Origin: Octopus vulgaris
Lineage: Eukaryota
Direction of reading: 5' to 3'
DNA: 64,000 bases
Assembly: GCA_951406725.2 (NCBI GenBank)
Contig: OX597833.1
Coordinates: 3,410,001-3,474,000 of the forward strand
In this document: positions 61,673 through 64,000 of the stretch, in pieces
How the letters are laid out: every line of letters starts with the position of its first letter
Position numbering within the stretch: the stretch's first letter is position 1
The notes under the pieces: generated by a model
The model's input: the letters and a program-made list of their open reading frames with translations, nothing else
Told to the model about the DNA's origin: nothing
Database searches by the model: none
Position numbers and translations under genes: made by a program

Positions 61673-61923
61673 TACATATTTATTGTTTGTTTGTTTTTGT
61701 TTGTTTGTTTTGTTTTTCCAGTTTCAGCTCTTGAGCTGTGGCCATGCTGGGGCACCGCCATTGTGGTGAAAGAGTACAGCAGGGATCACCACCCCCTGCC
61801 GGAGCCTCGTAGAGCTTTCAGGTGTTTTCGCTCAATAAACACACACAACGCCCGGTCTGAGAATCGAAACCGCGATCCTGCGACCGCGAGTCCGCTGCCC
61901 TAACCACTAGGCCATTGCGCCTC

Positions 61924-61987
<64 letters not shown>

Positions 61988-61990
<3 letters not shown>

Positions 61991-62189
61991 TCATCATCAT
62001 CATCGTTTAGCGTCCGTTCTCCATGCTAGCATGGGTTGGACGGTTCAACTGGGGTCTGTGAAGCTGAAAGGCTTCATCAGGCCCAGTCAGGTCTGGCAGT
62101 GTTTCTACGGCTGGATGCCCTTCCTAACGCCAACCACTCCATGAGTGTAGTGGGTGCTTTTTACGTGCCACCCGCACATGTGCCAGACA

Positions 62190-62190
<1 letters not shown>
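61988..62190 (-). mobile_element. RTE 3' tail (family B)
   Basis: (CAT)n CGTTTAGCGTCCGTTCTCCATGCTAGCATGGGTTGGACGG. Confidence 0.8.
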
Positions 62191-62250
<60 letters not shown>

Positions 62251-62324
62251 GCATATATATTGCATATAAGTATATTAGTTTACACAGTTTTAATTTGTCA
62301 TTTCACTTGCAGAACCAATCTACC

Positions 62325-62373
<49 letters not shown>

Positions 62374-62622
62374 CACACATGTATACACACACACACACAC
62401 ACGTAGATAAATACATACACACACACACGTAGATAAATACATACACACACACACATAGATAAATACATACATACATACATACATACATACATACATACAT
62501 ACATACATACATACATAGATAGATAGGTAGATAGAAAGATAGAGAGAGAGAGAGAGATGGATGGATGGATGGTTGGATAGATAACTTTATTGGCCACACA
62601 GGACAGAACAGAGAGGGGACAA

Positions 62623-62660
<38 letters not shown>

Positions 62661-62924
62661 GGATAAAAAAGAAAGATAGATAGATAGACAGATAGATAGA
62701 TAGAGAGAGAGATAGAGAGCGAGAGAGAGAGAGAGATGCATGTGTGTCATATATGCAAACATAGAAATAAGTCATACACCACCGTGTCACAAACACGCAC
62801 AAGATACATACATGTACACACACACACACACTCATACACAGTCACATGCTCACATGTATAATAATGTTACACACATATACACACACATGTACAATCAATA
62901 AACAGTTTCTGTATTCAGAGATCG

Positions 62925-62937
62925 GTTGCTAGGTAAC
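62925..62937. promoter_or_regulatory. RFX X-box-like motif
   Basis: GTTGCTAGGTAAC in a short unique island between microsatellites; motif match only. Confidence 0.2.
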
Positions 62938-62957
62938 GGAAATTGATGTTGAATAGC

Positions 62958-63417
62958 AGTGGTTGTGGTGGTGGTGGTGGTTGTGGTGGTGGTGGTGGTG
63001 GTGGTGGTGGTGGTGGTGGTGGTGGTGGTGGTGGTGGTGGTGGTGGTGGTGGTGGTGGTGGTTGTGGTGGTGGTGGTAGTGGTGGTGCTAGTGGCGGCAG
63101 CGGTGGTGGTGGTGGCGGCAGTGGTAGTGGTGGTTGTGGTGGTGGTAGTAGTGGTGGTAGTAGTGGTGGTGGTGGTGGTGGTAGTGGTGGTGGTGGTGGT
63201 GGTGGTGGTGGTGGTGGTGGTGGTGGTGGTGGTGGTGGTGTGGTGGTGGTGGTGGTGGTGGTGGTGGTGGTGGTGTTGGTGGTGGTTGTGGTGGTGGTGG
63301 CGGTGGTGGTGGATGTTGTGGTTGTGGTGGTGGTGGTGGCAGTTTTGGTGTTGGTGGTGGTGGTGGTGGTGGTGGTAGTGGCGGCGGTGGTGGTTGTGGT
63401 GGTGGTTGTGGTGGTGT
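62958..63417. repeat. (GGT)n microsatellite
   Basis: Directly visible. Confidence 0.95.
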
Positions 63418-63449
63418 TATATAGTATAAAAGTAGTGTCTGTTGGTGTT

Positions 63450-63920
63450 GTTATTTAACCCTAGGTCAGGCCCGAATAAGCCGACTTAATGATCAATGGC
63501 AATCCATCCATCACCAATCACTCGGTCATGATTTCAGGAATAGCACACCTAAGACTACGCTATACAATGTGTCCTTCCACAGTTTTAAGACATTAACATG
63601 TAATTAGAGAGAAACTTGGCTGCTATTTCTAGTAGACTGCATGACCACATAGAGGCACCTGTTGATGACATTTGGCAGAGTGGAGCGATGGGGCTGTTGT
63701 TGCTGTTGTTGTTGTTGGAATTGTTGCTGTTGTAGTTTAGCCCTTAGTCAGACTCAGGCAAGCCTGGATCAAAGTGCTTCCAGCCATGACCCTCCCATAT
63801 TTTTATTACATGCAGTGAACCCGTAGCTACATTAACATAAGCATCCTTTGTCTAAGACATTGCATGTAATTCGAGGGGTGTTTAGCTGCTATTTCTACCA
63901 GGTTGAATGATATGAAGGCT
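63450..63920. repeat. Two degenerate tandem copies of an interspersed repeat; related reverse fragment at ~17800-17850
   Basis: Shared TTTA.CCCT..GTCAG...TAAGACATT...ATGTAATT.GAG..G...TT.GCTGCTATTTCTA blocks. Confidence 0.55.
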
Positions 63921-64000
63921 CGTAGGGGTTGATGTTGTAGAGGTGGTAGTGTGTAGTGGTGATTCCATATTCCATATTGTGGGTGGGTGGGGTTCATTAC

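Overview
Eukaryotic, essentially non-coding, very microsatellite-rich DNA. The repeat families look like those of an octopus/cephalopod genome (my recognition, not a database result), and the window is probably intronic or intergenic. Almost all of the ORF track is artefact from (TA)n, (CA)n, (TATG)n, (CAT)n, (GGT)n and (CTTT)n tracts. Supported content: about 15 copies of a tRNA-derived SINE with an internal microsatellite, several other SINE families, RTE and CR1 LINE fragments, Tc1/mariner fossils (DD37D and DD34D), hAT MITEs, two decayed Penelope-like (GIY-YIG) ORF fragments, and one candidate 83-nt exon with strong splice sites (MVAINSNITADNETS). The main hidden signal is a dense set of minimal type-I hammerhead ribozyme (HHR) motifs, about a dozen clear copies plus degenerate ones, from about 8 unrelated short non-autonomous elements. 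Most sit in (TA)n tracts and many are arranged as palindromes. Their cores show all three Watson-Crick variants of the tertiary 3-8 pair (C3-G8, U3-A8, G3-C8) and most have palindromic helix III sequences. Highlights are a 363-bp tandem/inverted retrozyme-like array at 22908-24162 and a tRNA-headed, HHR-tailed SINE-like palindrome at 27260-27906. All folds were paired by eye and ribozyme activity is untested.
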